DNA of 64,000 nt from Candidatus Xenobia bacterium (GTDB taxonomy: Bacteria; Vulcanimicrobiota; Xenobia; Xenobiales; QWHO01). The notes under the pieces are model-generated. The model ran no database searches, was not told where the DNA came from, and worked only from the letters and a program-made list of their open reading frames with translations. Positions 51,520 through 60,584 of the stretch are shown here, one piece after another. The stretch is from positions 64,001 through 128,000 of the forward strand of contig BTUM01000008.1 in the NCBI GenBank assembly GCA_045863235.1, read 5' to 3'. The position numbers and the translations under genes are program-made. The first letter of the stretch is position 1. Each line of letters begins with the position of its first letter.

Positions 51520-52773
51520 TCAGAACACCTCGCTCAGCCAGCGACCGACCCGGGTCAACATGACCTTGACCTTGGACGGGCCACCCTCATCCTCGAGAGA
51601 ATCCGCGCTGCGCACGGCTCGCCGGACAGCGGCGTGCAAAATCAGGCCCACGGCTGAGGAATAAATGGGCGAAGCCAGCGAGTCCATCAAGCCCGGGGGA
51701 TAGCAGGGCGTCGCGATGCGGGCCGGAAGGCTCAACTCGCGGTGAGCCAGATGAGCGATCCCCGGCAACTGGGCCGTGCCCCCGGTAATGACCAGGTTGG
51801 TGACGACCAAACCCATTCGCTCAGCCAGCTGGATCTGCTTGCCCACCCAGTCGAAGACATCCAGCAGACGAGCCTCGAGCACTTCGGCCAGTTGGATGCG
51901 GGAGACGGGAACCTTCTGATCTCCGGCCAGGCTCAAGGCCTCCAGCATCTCGTCGTCACCCTCGTGATAGTCGGGCGAAGCGACCCCACGCTCGAGCTTG
52001 AGCCGCTCAGCCTCGGCCGGGGGAATCCGGAAGAAACGGGCAAGATCGTGGGTCAGGAAGTCGCCCGCCACCGGAAGCACCCCCGAATGGCCGATCTCTC
52101 CGTCACAGTAAACGGCCAGGTCGACCGTACCGGCCCCGATATCGATCATTGCCGTGCCCAGCTTGCGCTCTTCCTCGGTCATCACGGCCAGGGCCGAAGC
52201 GATGGAAGAGGCCACCATACCGTCATTCTCGACCTCCAGGCCAGCTTTCTGGACGCACTTGCGCATATTCTGCAAGAAGGCCGAGGCGGCAGCCACCACA
52301 TGGGTGTTCACCTCCAACCGAATACCAGATAGGCCAACCGGATTGCGGATGCCGCTCTGGCCATCGACCGTAAAGCCACGAGGCACGATGTGAAGAATCT
52401 CGCGGTCCGAAGGAATGCCCACCATGCGTGCGGCATCGATCACGCGCCGCACGTCGGAACTGGTCACCTCGCCCTCGGGGCTGGAAATCGCCCACACGCC
52501 CTGAGCGGGCAAAGAGCGCAGATACTCACTGGAGAGACTCAGGTAGACCGGACCGACAGGATAACCGGCCTGCTTCTCAGCATCGCCCACGGCCTCTTCA
52601 ATCGAGCGAACCGTTTCTTCGGGGTCGACCAGGGCGCCTTTGCGCAGACCAAGGCAGGGGCTGACTCCGTGCGAAACGACCTCCAGCTCGCCACCGGCAT
52701 CGAGCTCTGCGATCACGCAAGCCACTTTGCTCGTGCCGATGTCGACGGCGGTAAGAACTTCCATCCTGGGCAT
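51520..52773 (-). CDS. ftsA: Cell division protein FtsA
   Basis: DIGTSKV, GLRKG, SHS2 insert (NPVGLSGIRLE), DIGAGT, C-terminal amphipathic RWLSEVF. Confidence 0.96.
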   Translation of the reverse strand: MPRMEVLTAVDIGTSKVACVIAELDAGGELEVVSHGVSPCLGLRKGALVDPEETVRSIEEAVGDAEKQAGYPVGPVYLSLSSEYLRSLPAQGVWAISSPEGEVTSSDVRRVIDAARMVGIPSDREILHIVPRGFTVDGQSGIRNPVGLSGIRLEVNTHVVAAASAFLQNMRKCVQKAGLEVENDGMVASSIASALAVMTEEERKLGTAMIDIGAGTVDLAVYCDGEIGHSGVLPVAGDFLTHDLARFFRIPPAEAERLKLERGVASPDYHEGDDEMLEALSLAGDQKVPVSRIQLAEVLEARLLDVFDWVGKQIQLAERMGLVVTNLVITGGTAQLPGIAHLAHRELSLPARIATPCYPPGLMDSLASPIYSSAVGLILHAAVRRAVRSADSLEDEGGPSKVKVMLTRVGRWLSEVF

Positions 52774-52944
52774 ACTTGCACCCCTCAAAGGGTAGTCTCT
52801 GGTGTAGCTGGCAAGCTCGCTGCACGCTTACTTGCGGTGTTGGCCTAATTGGTTCGGGCCGGCTCTTGAATTTCCTTCCAGGCCAGAAGAAAAAGCCCGA
52901 CGATCCGCGCTCTGGGTTTCTTGGAGCGGGCCCGCGACTCCTCG

Positions 52945-52973
52945 TTGACAGCGACCGGGGCTTGTGCTAGCAT
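52945..52973 (+). promoter_or_regulatory. Strong sigma70-type promoter of rplU operon
   Basis: TTGACA-17 nt-TAGCAT with extended TG. Confidence 0.8.
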
Positions 52974-53013
52974 ACCCCGGCTGTATTTTATCGTGCGGCG
53001 CAGAAGCCAATTC

Positions 53014-53097
53014 AGCGACGACAGGAGCGGTCGACGGAGTTAGCGGCGACAGGAGCGGTCGACGGAATTAGCGACGACGGGAGCGGCCGACAGAATT
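53014..53097 (+). repeat. Three tandem 28-bp repeats in rplU 5' leader
   Basis: AGCGACGACAGGAGCGGTCGACGGAGTT / AGCGGCGACAGGAGCGGTCGACGGAATT / AGCGACGACGGGAGCGGCCGACAGAATT. Confidence 0.9.
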
Positions 53098-53135
53098 TGG
53101 CAAGCTTCCATAGTTCAGGCGGAGGAATCAAGACA

Positions 53136-53447
53136 ATGTATGCCGTGGTGGAGACCGGAGGAAAGCAGTATCGAGTGACGGCCGGTCAGACCGTGCGAGT
53201 CGAGAAGTTGCTCGGAGAGCCGGGCTCCTCGATTTCGCTGGAGAAGGTTCTGTCGGGTGGCGTCGGAAGCGATACCAGGGTGGGTGATCCCTACCTGGCC
53301 GGCGCTCGCGTCGAGGCCGAGATTCTCGCTCACGACAAGGGCCGTAAGGTGATCGTCTTCAAATACAAGAAGCGCAAGCGCTATCGCGTCAAGAACGGCC
53401 ATCGCCAGCCCTACACAGCGCTGCGCATCAAGTCCATCAACCTGTAA
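53136..53447 (+). CDS. rplU: 50S ribosomal protein L21
   Basis: MYAVVETGGKQYRV, GHRQPYT. Confidence 0.98.
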   Translation: MYAVVETGGKQYRVTAGQTVRVEKLLGEPGSSISLEKVLSGGVGSDTRVGDPYLAGARVEAEILAHDKGRKVIVFKYKKRKRYRVKNGHRQPYTALRIKSINL

Positions 53448-53813
53448 TTGATTCGCGTCAGCCTGCGGCGCGACGCCTCGGGCCGGGTGCAGGAGCTGGC
53501 CTGTCGTGGCCACGCTCGTTTCTCACAGCCGGGCCAGGATCTGGTCTGCGCAGGTGTTTCGGCCGTTCTGGGCGCCCTGGGATTGGGGCTGACCGAGGTG
53601 GCCCGATTGCCGGTTTCCCTGCAAGCCGGTGACGGGCTGTTTGTCGTCCGGCGTCCGGCCCGCTGGCACGACTCGGCCTGGGACCTTCTGCTGGAAACCA
53701 CGGTCCGGGCCCTGCAAGACCTCGAGCGGCACTACCCGGGCTTCGTGCGCCTGCGACGACTCAAGCCTCGCGGGATTCGCGCCACTGACGTGGAAGACCA
53801 GCCCACAGACTGA
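53448..53813 (+). CDS. prp: Ribosomal-processing cysteine protease Prp (YsxB)
   Basis: GHA...GQDLVCAGVS His/Cys dyad; directly after rplU. Confidence 0.88.
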   Translation: MIRVSLRRDASGRVQELACRGHARFSQPGQDLVCAGVSAVLGALGLGLTEVARLPVSLQAGDGLFVVRRPARWHDSAWDLLLETTVRALQDLERHYPGFVRLRRLKPRGIRATDVEDQPTD

Positions 53814-53827
53814 ATCTGGAGGACGCC

Positions 53828-54055
53828 ATGGAAGCTCTTGATCGCAGCGAAGTTGAGGTTCTCGATCTCGACGACGAAGGCGGGCCCGACCCATTCTCTC
53901 CCGAGCGCCTGATCGGCGTGGCCGTCTTGGGCGCAGTCAGCTCGCTGCTGCTGTACTATCTCTTCAACCAGCTCGACCCCGAGCGTCGCGACTCGATCAA
54001 AGAAGGCATCATGGCCAGTCTCAAGAGCCAGGTGCGCCGCTGGGGCGAGGCTTGA
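53828..54055 (+). CDS. Small membrane hypothetical protein
   Basis: GGAGG RBS, one TM segment, 75 aa. Confidence 0.7.
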   Translation: MEALDRSEVEVLDLDDEGGPDPFSPERLIGVAVLGAVSSLLLYYLFNQLDPERRDSIKEGIMASLKSQVRRWGEA

Positions 54056-54104
54056 GCTGATCGACACGGTCCCCGACCCCACTCCCTCCTTTCGCCGCAG
54101 TTTC

Positions 54105-54599
54105 GTGGTTCTACTTGCCCTGGGCTGGCTGCTGGCCGATCAAGGCAGCAAGTGGCTCGTCCAGAGCCACTTGAAGCTGCACGAAAGCCAGACGACCCCG
54201 GGCGACTGGCTGCTCTGGACCCACGTGCACAACCGGGGAGGGGCATTCGGCCTGTTTCCCGGGGCCAGCTTGCTCTTTCTCGGCACCGGGGTCGGCGTCA
54301 TCGCGGTCTTGCTGTGGACCTTACCGCGCACCCGCAGCCTCGACTGGGCCAGCGCAGTCGCTTACGGGCTGATCATGGGCGGCGCGCTGGGCAATCTGCT
54401 GGATCGGCTCCGCCTCGGCTACGTGGTCGACTTCATCGACCTCAATTTTCGACCTCTGGTCACATGGCCTGTCTTCAACGTGGCCGACATCGGCATCTCG
54501 ACTGGAATCGGGCTGTTGATCCTCACTTCCATCTGGCCGTCGCGTAGCCCGCGTCCGGCTCCAGAGAGTAGCTCCACGCATACTGAAAGCTCAGAGTGA
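54105..54599 (+). CDS. lspA: Lipoprotein signal peptidase II
   Basis: DQGSK, NRGGAFG, GALGNLLDR, VVDFI, FNVAD; start uncertain. Confidence 0.95.
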   Translation: MVLLALGWLLADQGSKWLVQSHLKLHESQTTPGDWLLWTHVHNRGGAFGLFPGASLLFLGTGVGVIAVLLWTLPRTRSLDWASAVAYGLIMGGALGNLLDRLRLGYVVDFIDLNFRPLVTWPVFNVADIGISTGIGLLILTSIWPSRSPRPAPESSSTHTESSE

Positions 54600-54915
54600 T
54601 CTCACTTTCGCCCATCGAAAGGCGTTTCTCTTGTCCGGCCGTAACCAGGGTCAACCCTTCGGGGGTGATGCGCAAAACCCGAGTGCCTTCGAAGAAATCG
54701 CCCACATGCAGGATGCGGCTCTTCCCTCCGTAGCAGACGATGGCGGTGCAAGCACCATCTGACTCGAGCACCCCGGTCAGATTGAGATCGAGCCGACCCT
54801 GAGCGGGAGTTCGCGGCCGAACCGGCACGAACGGGTCCCGCAGGTTGTGGGTCTGAGCCAGCGAGGGACTGGCCAGGGTTGTGCACAGCAAGAGCCCAAG
54901 GCAAGCAAATCTCAC
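54523..54915 (-). CDS. PilP/GspC-like exported protein
   Basis: Signal peptide, RDPF motif, LTGVL..AIV..VGD beta domain; 3' end overlaps lspA. Confidence 0.6.
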   Translation of the reverse strand: MRFACLGLLLCTTLASPSLAQTHNLRDPFVPVRPRTPAQGRLDLNLTGVLESDGACTAIVCYGGKSRILHVGDFFEGTRVLRITPEGLTLVTAGQEKRLSMGESEITLSFQYAWSYSLEPDAGYATARWK

Positions 54916-54967
54916 GAAACCCCCATCTGACGGCAAGATGACCATACGGTCGCAAACCGGGGCAACC

Positions 54968-56233
54968 TTATTTCTTCCGCCGCCGAATTCGAGTGCGGTG
55001 ACCCAGCAGCCGAATCAAGTGCTCGCGGCCCCCCTCACCAAAGCCATCGAAGACCAACCCGCAGCCTTCTCCAACCCGTGACCAGACCACGTGGCCCACC
55101 GCCCGCACGGGCGGGTCGAAGCCCATAGTGACCTCCAGGCTGTCCCCCACCCGCAGGTCTACGTCAGGAATGGCCATTCCCCCGGCGGAGACTTCGGCGA
55201 TGCGGTGCAGGACCTGGCCTGTAGGCGAGCCCAGCGACACTCCGACGGTCAGCCCCAGGCGCGGGAAGTTGCGCCGTTCCTCTCCCAGGAACTCGGACTG
55301 AAGACTGACCCGGTTTCGCCCCGCCGATTTGGCACGATAGAGGGCTTCGTCAGCCCTTGCGAGCAGCCAGTTGATCACCTCTTCGTCGCCCGGGGAGTGA
55401 CCCCAATCATCGTTGCTCGGGCGAGACTGATACCAGGACACCCCGATGCTCACGGTGACTTTTTCCTGCCGGCACTCTCGCTCCACCGCCCGACGCAGCT
55501 TTTCGGCAACCTGGGCGGCACCATTGGGGCTGGTGGAAGGCAAGATGACCACGAACTCCTCTCCCCCAAATCGAGCCACGACGTCGCCCTTTCGGGTCAT
55601 CGAGTAGATCAGCGAGGCGACGTCGCGCAGGATTCGATCGCCTTCAAGATGGCCCAAACGGTCATTGACGGCCTTGAAGTGGTCCACGTCCAGCATCAGG
55701 CAAGCCAGAACCGGGGGACCTGGGCGAGAGAAACGCGACACGTGCTGACGCATCGACTCGAACAAATAGCGACGCGAAAAGACTCCAGTCAGCTCGTCGC
55801 GCACCATGCGATCACGCAGGGCGATATGGCTGCGATAAATGGTCAACTGGGCCCCGATGCGTGCTGTGAGCAGCGCCGGCGAGCAAGGCTCGACCACGAA
55901 ATCGTTGGCGCCGGCCTCCAATCCCTGAATCAAAGCCTCCTCGGACAGAGGTCGGGGACTGTAGAAGATGGTCGGAACGTGAACCAGGCTTTCATCCTGG
56001 CGCAACTTTCGACAGGCATCCGGTCCCAGTTGGCTGCTGAGCACGAAGAGCAGGGGGAACCAGGTCTGCGCCAGGCTCAAAGCTCGAGCGACGGTGGGCG
56101 CCCCCTCGACCTCAAAGCCCATGGCGACCAGCTGGCCTTTCAGGGGATCCAACCCCGGGCCAACCAGCAGCAGACGAGCGGGATGCTCGACCAGCATTGA
56201 TACCACACTGGGCTTGGCGGTAGCGTTCTTCAC
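54968..56233 (-). CDS. Pseudo-receiver + GGDEF diguanylate cyclase + PilZ
   Basis: DELTG, DVDHFKAVND, RKGD I-site, RFGGEEF, then RRNFPR..EVSAGG. Confidence 0.9.
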   Translation of the reverse strand: MKNATAKPSVVSMLVEHPARLLLVGPGLDPLKGQLVAMGFEVEGAPTVARALSLAQTWFPLLFVLSSQLGPDACRKLRQDESLVHVPTIFYSPRPLSEEALIQGLEAGANDFVVEPCSPALLTARIGAQLTIYRSHIALRDRMVRDELTGVFSRRYLFESMRQHVSRFSRPGPPVLACLMLDVDHFKAVNDRLGHLEGDRILRDVASLIYSMTRKGDVVARFGGEEFVVILPSTSPNGAAQVAEKLRRAVERECRQEKVTVSIGVSWYQSRPSNDDWGHSPGDEEVINWLLARADEALYRAKSAGRNRVSLQSEFLGEERRNFPRLGLTVGVSLGSPTGQVLHRIAEVSAGGMAIPDVDLRVGDSLEVTMGFDPPVRAVGHVVWSRVGEGCGLVFDGFGEGGREHLIRLLGHRTRIRRRKK

Positions 56234-56316
56234 ACTGCTTGATTCTGGCCCCGGTGAGGGGGAGTCCTCTTCAGCCCGGAGAGGGTCTCCGCCCGAGCCC
56301 GCGAAGCCGCTCGTTG

Positions 56317-57333
56317 GTGTTCTGGACCAAGAAACCTCGTATCGGCCTCGACCTGGGCAGCTATGCCCTCAAATGCTGTGTTCTCGACAGCAAAAGACAG
56401 TCGTGCTCGATCTGGAGTGAGGTGCTGTTGCCGAACCGCGAGTCCAGGGAGGACCGGCTCGAGGGCGAGGAGTTGCAGAGCCGGGTGCAGGCCATCTTGA
56501 AGGTTTGCGAGCAGCGCAGCAGTCACTGGTCGCGCCATGTCAACCTGTCGCTCGAGGACCCGGGCTGCGTGGGAGGCTACCTCGCGCTTCCGCCCCTGGC
56601 CCCGCAGGAGCTTCAAACTGCCATTCCGTCCGCCATCGCCAAGCAGATCCCCTACCCGCTCTCCGAGGTGGAGCTCTTCAACATGCGAGTGCCGGTCTTG
56701 AAGGGCAAAGGCGGCACGGGGATCTTCTTCGTGGCGGTTCCGCGAGGGCCCATGCAGGCGAGAGTCGCACTGCTCACCTCCCTGGGTCTGGAGGTCAAGT
56801 CAGCCGAGCCGGCCCTGCTGGCCCTGATCCGGGCTCTGGTGCGCAACCACGGCGACCTGACCGAGCCTATGGCGGTTGTGGTAGCCGGCCACTCGCTCAC
56901 CAGCGTATTCGTGCTGCTGCAGGGCGTGCCTTACTTCGCGCGCGATTTCCGGCTGGGCGGCGCCGACTTCACCTACGCCTTCCAGATGGCCGTGCAGGTC
57001 AGTTGGCAACGGGCTGAGGAGCTCAAACACAAAAGTGATCTGCGCCAGGAACGCAGCTATCATCTCGAGCCCTTCCTGGTGCGGTGGATGGACGAAGTCA
57101 AACGCTCGCTTGACCAGGCCCGGAAACAGGACGAGGCGCTCGCAGTCGGCCGCCTGCTGCTGACCGGTGGAACGGCCGCATTTATGGGCCTCGAAAGCCG
57201 CCTGCAGGAGCACCTGGGGCTGCCCGTCAGCACGGACGCCTGGAATCGCGTGCGGCACAGCTCGATTGCGGCTGAGGTCGATGACTCGCTGGTTCATTAC
57301 GATCTGGCGCTCGGACTGGCTCTGCACGAATGA
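56317..57333 (+). CDS. pilM: Type IV pilus assembly protein PilM
   Basis: IGLDLGS..LK, IPYPLSE, GGADFT, LTGG; precedes pilB/pilC. Confidence 0.8.
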   Translation: MFWTKKPRIGLDLGSYALKCCVLDSKRQSCSIWSEVLLPNRESREDRLEGEELQSRVQAILKVCEQRSSHWSRHVNLSLEDPGCVGGYLALPPLAPQELQTAIPSAIAKQIPYPLSEVELFNMRVPVLKGKGGTGIFFVAVPRGPMQARVALLTSLGLEVKSAEPALLALIRALVRNHGDLTEPMAVVVAGHSLTSVFVLLQGVPYFARDFRLGGADFTYAFQMAVQVSWQRAEELKHKSDLRQERSYHLEPFLVRWMDEVKRSLDQARKQDEALAVGRLLLTGGTAAFMGLESRLQEHLGLPVSTDAWNRVRHSSIAAEVDDSLVHYDLALGLALHE

Positions 57334-58973
57334 GCGACTGGCTGGAGTGCCTGGATTCGGTCCCTACCGAAGCTCTCGAGGAGGCGCGCCGCTCGGGCAC
57401 CCCCTACCGCTGCCTGCTCGATGCAGGCCTGGCCACGGTCGGGCAGCTCCAGGTGGCCCGCTCGCGCTACTACAAGGTTCCCTCCCTGGAGCTAAGCCGC
57501 TACGTGCCCCATCCCGATTCGGTGGGCCTGCTGAGCGAGGAGCAGGCTCGCAAGCTGAAGGTTCTCCCTCTCTTCCAGGTCAAGGACCACCTCTACCTGG
57601 CCATTTCCGATCCGGAAGACCTGCGCACCCAGGATTTCGTAGCCAAACTGACGGGCATGGTGGTAGAGCCGGTGCTGGTCCTGCCCGAGGAGCTCGAGCA
57701 GGCCCTCAATCGCTGGTTGCTGACCGCCGACCGCGCCGGTCAGTTCATTCAGGAGATCGCTTCTGCCGCCCAGCCCCGCGCGGTGGACGGCAGCACCGAG
57801 GCGGGCCTGCTCGAGGACCGCGAAGCGCCCATCATCAAGCTGGTCGACCACATGCTCAGCCAGGCCATCCGCCTGGGGGCCAGCGACGTGCACCTGGAGG
57901 CCTTCGAAACCCGCACCCTCTTGCGCTATCGCATCGACGGCGTGCTGCACGAGTACCCTTCGCCCCCCAAGAGCATCTACGCCGGGGTCGTCTCGCGCAT
58001 CAAGATCACGTCCGGCCTGGACATCTCCGAGCGCCGTCTGCCCCAGGACGGGCGCAGTTCGCTGGTCGTGGACGGGCGCAAGTACGACCTGCGCGTCTCG
58101 GTCATCCCCAACCTGCACGGCGAGGGGGTGGTGATCCGCATCCTCAACCCCTACGCCCTCAAGCTCGACCTGGAGGCGCTGGGTTTCTCCCGGCAGTTGC
58201 TGGAGCGCTACGAGCGCCTCATCTCCAAGCCCTACGGCATCGTGCTGGTAACCGGGCCCACCGGCTCGGGCAAGTCCACCACCCTCTACTCCACCCTCAA
58301 GCGCGTCACCACGCTGGAGAAGAAGGTCATCACCCTGGAAGACCCCGTCGAGTACCAGCTCGAGGGCGTGACCCAGATCCAGATCCAGCCGGAGATCGGT
58401 TACACCTTCGCTTCCGGGCTCAAGGCCATCTTGCGCCACGACCCCGACATCGTGCTGGTGGGCGAGATGCGCGACCTGGAGTCGTCTGAGATCGCCATTC
58501 GAGCCGCCCTGACCGGCCACCAGCTGTACTCCACCCTGCATACCAACAATGCTCCCCAGGCCATCACGCGCCTGGTCGACATGGGGGTGGCTCCCTACCA
58601 GGTCATGGCCTCGCTCAACGGAGTGCTGGCCCAGCGCCTGGTTCGGCGGCTGTGCGACCGCTGTAAGGTGGTGGACGAGCGCCCCTGCACGCACGAGGGG
58701 CTGGAAGTCTCACCCGGAGCCACCCTGTATCGCCCCGGCGGCTGCACCGAATGCCATCAACTCGGCTACAAAGGTCGGGTGGCCGTGTACGAGCTGCTCG
58801 AGCTGACCCCCTCCATTCGGGCCATGGACGTGGCCCGGATCACGCCCGAGGCCATCGTGGCTCTGGCCCGTCAGGACAACAGCTTCCTCTCCATGGCTCG
58901 AAATGCCGGCGAGAAGCTGGAGCAGGGAATTACCAGTTTGGAAGAAGCTCTCACCATCGTGATGGAGGACTGA
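57330..58973 (+). CDS. pilB: PilB/GspE assembly ATPase
   Basis: ASDVHLE, RLPQDGR, GPTGSGKSTT, EDPVE, GEMRD, CxxC pairs. Confidence 0.93.
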   Translation: MSDWLECLDSVPTEALEEARRSGTPYRCLLDAGLATVGQLQVARSRYYKVPSLELSRYVPHPDSVGLLSEEQARKLKVLPLFQVKDHLYLAISDPEDLRTQDFVAKLTGMVVEPVLVLPEELEQALNRWLLTADRAGQFIQEIASAAQPRAVDGSTEAGLLEDREAPIIKLVDHMLSQAIRLGASDVHLEAFETRTLLRYRIDGVLHEYPSPPKSIYAGVVSRIKITSGLDISERRLPQDGRSSLVVDGRKYDLRVSVIPNLHGEGVVIRILNPYALKLDLEALGFSRQLLERYERLISKPYGIVLVTGPTGSGKSTTLYSTLKRVTTLEKKVITLEDPVEYQLEGVTQIQIQPEIGYTFASGLKAILRHDPDIVLVGEMRDLESSEIAIRAALTGHQLYSTLHTNNAPQAITRLVDMGVAPYQVMASLNGVLAQRLVRRLCDRCKVVDERPCTHEGLEVSPGATLYRPGGCTECHQLGYKGRVAVYELLELTPSIRAMDVARITPEAIVALARQDNSFLSMARNAGEKLEQGITSLEEALTIVMED

Positions 58974-60184
58974 TGCCCCGCTTTCGCTATGCAGCTGTCG
59001 ACAAGGAAGGCCAGGTGCACAAAGGCACTCTGGAGGCGTCCGATCAAGGCGCCGCCCTGAACACTCTGTCCTCTCACTATGAGATGGTCACCACCCTCAA
59101 GGAGGCCGGGGCGGGGGGGCTGGCGATGATGGTGCGCCGGTTTCTGGGTCAGCGGGTCAAGACCGAGGACCTGCTCGGCTTCACCCAGGAGCTGGCAGCC
59201 GTGGTGGGAGCGGGCGTGACCCTGAAGGCGGGACTCGATCTCCTCTCGGAGGACACTCACAACCCCAAGTTGCAGCAGATCGTGGAGAAGGTTTCCCGCC
59301 ACGTAGAAGGGGGCGGCACCCTCTCCGAGGCCATGCGCGAGCATCCGGAAGCCTTTCCGCGCTACTACTCCAGCCTGGTGGCCGCGGGGGAAACCTCGGG
59401 CACGCTGGCCGTGGTGCTCGACCGCCTGGCCCACCAGATCGAGAACTCGGAGATTCTGGCCGCCAAGGTTCGGGGCGCATTCTATTACCCCGGGATCATC
59501 CTGGCCTTTTCGGCCCTGCTCAGCTTCGTCATCATGACGGTGGGCATGCCCATGCTGGAGGGAATCTACAGCTCACTGGGTGGCACCTTGCCATGGCCTA
59601 CCCGTTTCATGATCTCGATCAGCCATCTCCTGGGTAAGACCTGGTTCCTGTGGGCCCTGGTCGTCCCGGGCGGAATCTGGTTCATCGTAAAAACCCTCAA
59701 CACCGACAAGGGCAGCCTGTGGTTCGACCGCTGGAAGCTCAGCCTGCCTGTGCTGGGAGAGCTCTTCAGGCACCTGGCTATCGCCCGTTTTGCTCGCAAC
59801 TTCTCCACCGTGTTCTCGGCCGGCCTGGGCATGATCGACTCGCTGGAGCTGATCTCCACCACCACTGGCAGTCGCGTCCTCGAGCAAGCTGTCAAGGAGG
59901 CCATCGAGCCGATCACCCAGGGCCAGGGCCTGTCGCAGTGTCTGCGTGCCTCGGGTTTCTTCACCCCGCTCACGCTCGGCCTCTTGCGCTCGGGTGAGGC
60001 CACCGGGACCATGGACGTCATGCTGACCAAGATCGCTGACTTTTATGAGACCCGGGTCGAGCTTGCCCTCAAGGCACTGAGCTCGCTGGTGGAGCCGATC
60101 CTGATGATCTTCGTGGGCATCGCGCTGGGCGGGCTCATCGTGTGCATGGGGCTGCCCTTCCTGAACCTCTCGGCGGCTTTCTAG
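58973..60184 (+). CDS. pilC: PilC/GspF inner-membrane platform protein
   Basis: Two T2SSF repeats (AGETSG, SGEATG), YP and EP motifs; overlapping TGA/ATG junction with pilB. Confidence 0.93.
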   Translation: MPRFRYAAVDKEGQVHKGTLEASDQGAALNTLSSHYEMVTTLKEAGAGGLAMMVRRFLGQRVKTEDLLGFTQELAAVVGAGVTLKAGLDLLSEDTHNPKLQQIVEKVSRHVEGGGTLSEAMREHPEAFPRYYSSLVAAGETSGTLAVVLDRLAHQIENSEILAAKVRGAFYYPGIILAFSALLSFVIMTVGMPMLEGIYSSLGGTLPWPTRFMISISHLLGKTWFLWALVVPGGIWFIVKTLNTDKGSLWFDRWKLSLPVLGELFRHLAIARFARNFSTVFSAGLGMIDSLELISTTTGSRVLEQAVKEAIEPITQGQGLSQCLRASGFFTPLTLGLLRSGEATGTMDVMLTKIADFYETRVELALKALSSLVEPILMIFVGIALGGLIVCMGLPFLNLSAAF

Positions 60185-60188
60185 CCCG

Positions 60189-60584
60189 ATGAAGCGCATC
60201 TACGTCACCGAGGATTCGCCCACCCAGGCCCTGCGGGTGGGCAAGATCCTCCAGCTCATTCCCGATTGCCAGGTGCGTTTCTTCAACGATGGCCTGGCGG
60301 CTTACCAGGAGGTGCTGCTCAACCCGCCCGACCTGCTGCTGCTCGATCTGATCCTGCCCAGCCTCCATGGCTTGGCGGTGGCCCGTCTGCTCAAGTACCA
60401 CGAGGACTACCAGCACATCCCCATCCTGATCTTCAGCTCCATCACCGAGCAGAGTCTGGCCGACTCGGTGGGGGTTTCGGGGGCCAACTCTTTCCTGCGA
60501 AAGCCTTTCGAGGCCGAAGACTTGCTCTACGAAGTACGCCGTCTGCTCGAGCTGCCCCAGGAGGCCGCCTCTCAGGGGAGCTGA
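60189..60584 (+). CDS. Single-domain response regulator
   Basis: TEDS, LLDLILP, KPF. Confidence 0.9.
   Translation: MKRIYVTEDSPTQALRVGKILQLIPDCQVRFFNDGLAAYQEVLLNPPDLLLLDLILPSLHGLAVARLLKYHEDYQHIPILIFSSITEQSLADSVGVSGANSFLRKPFEAEDLLYEVRRLLELPQEAASQGS

Noticed and set aside
53014..53097. Possible mini-CRISPR array (28-bp repeats)
   Set aside because: Units are directly adjacent with no spacers, and there are no cas genes in the window
54057..54104. Second CTG start, for lspA
   Set aside because: An in-frame CTG with GAGG upstream exists, but GTG 54105 gives an adequate protein, so evidence is insufficient
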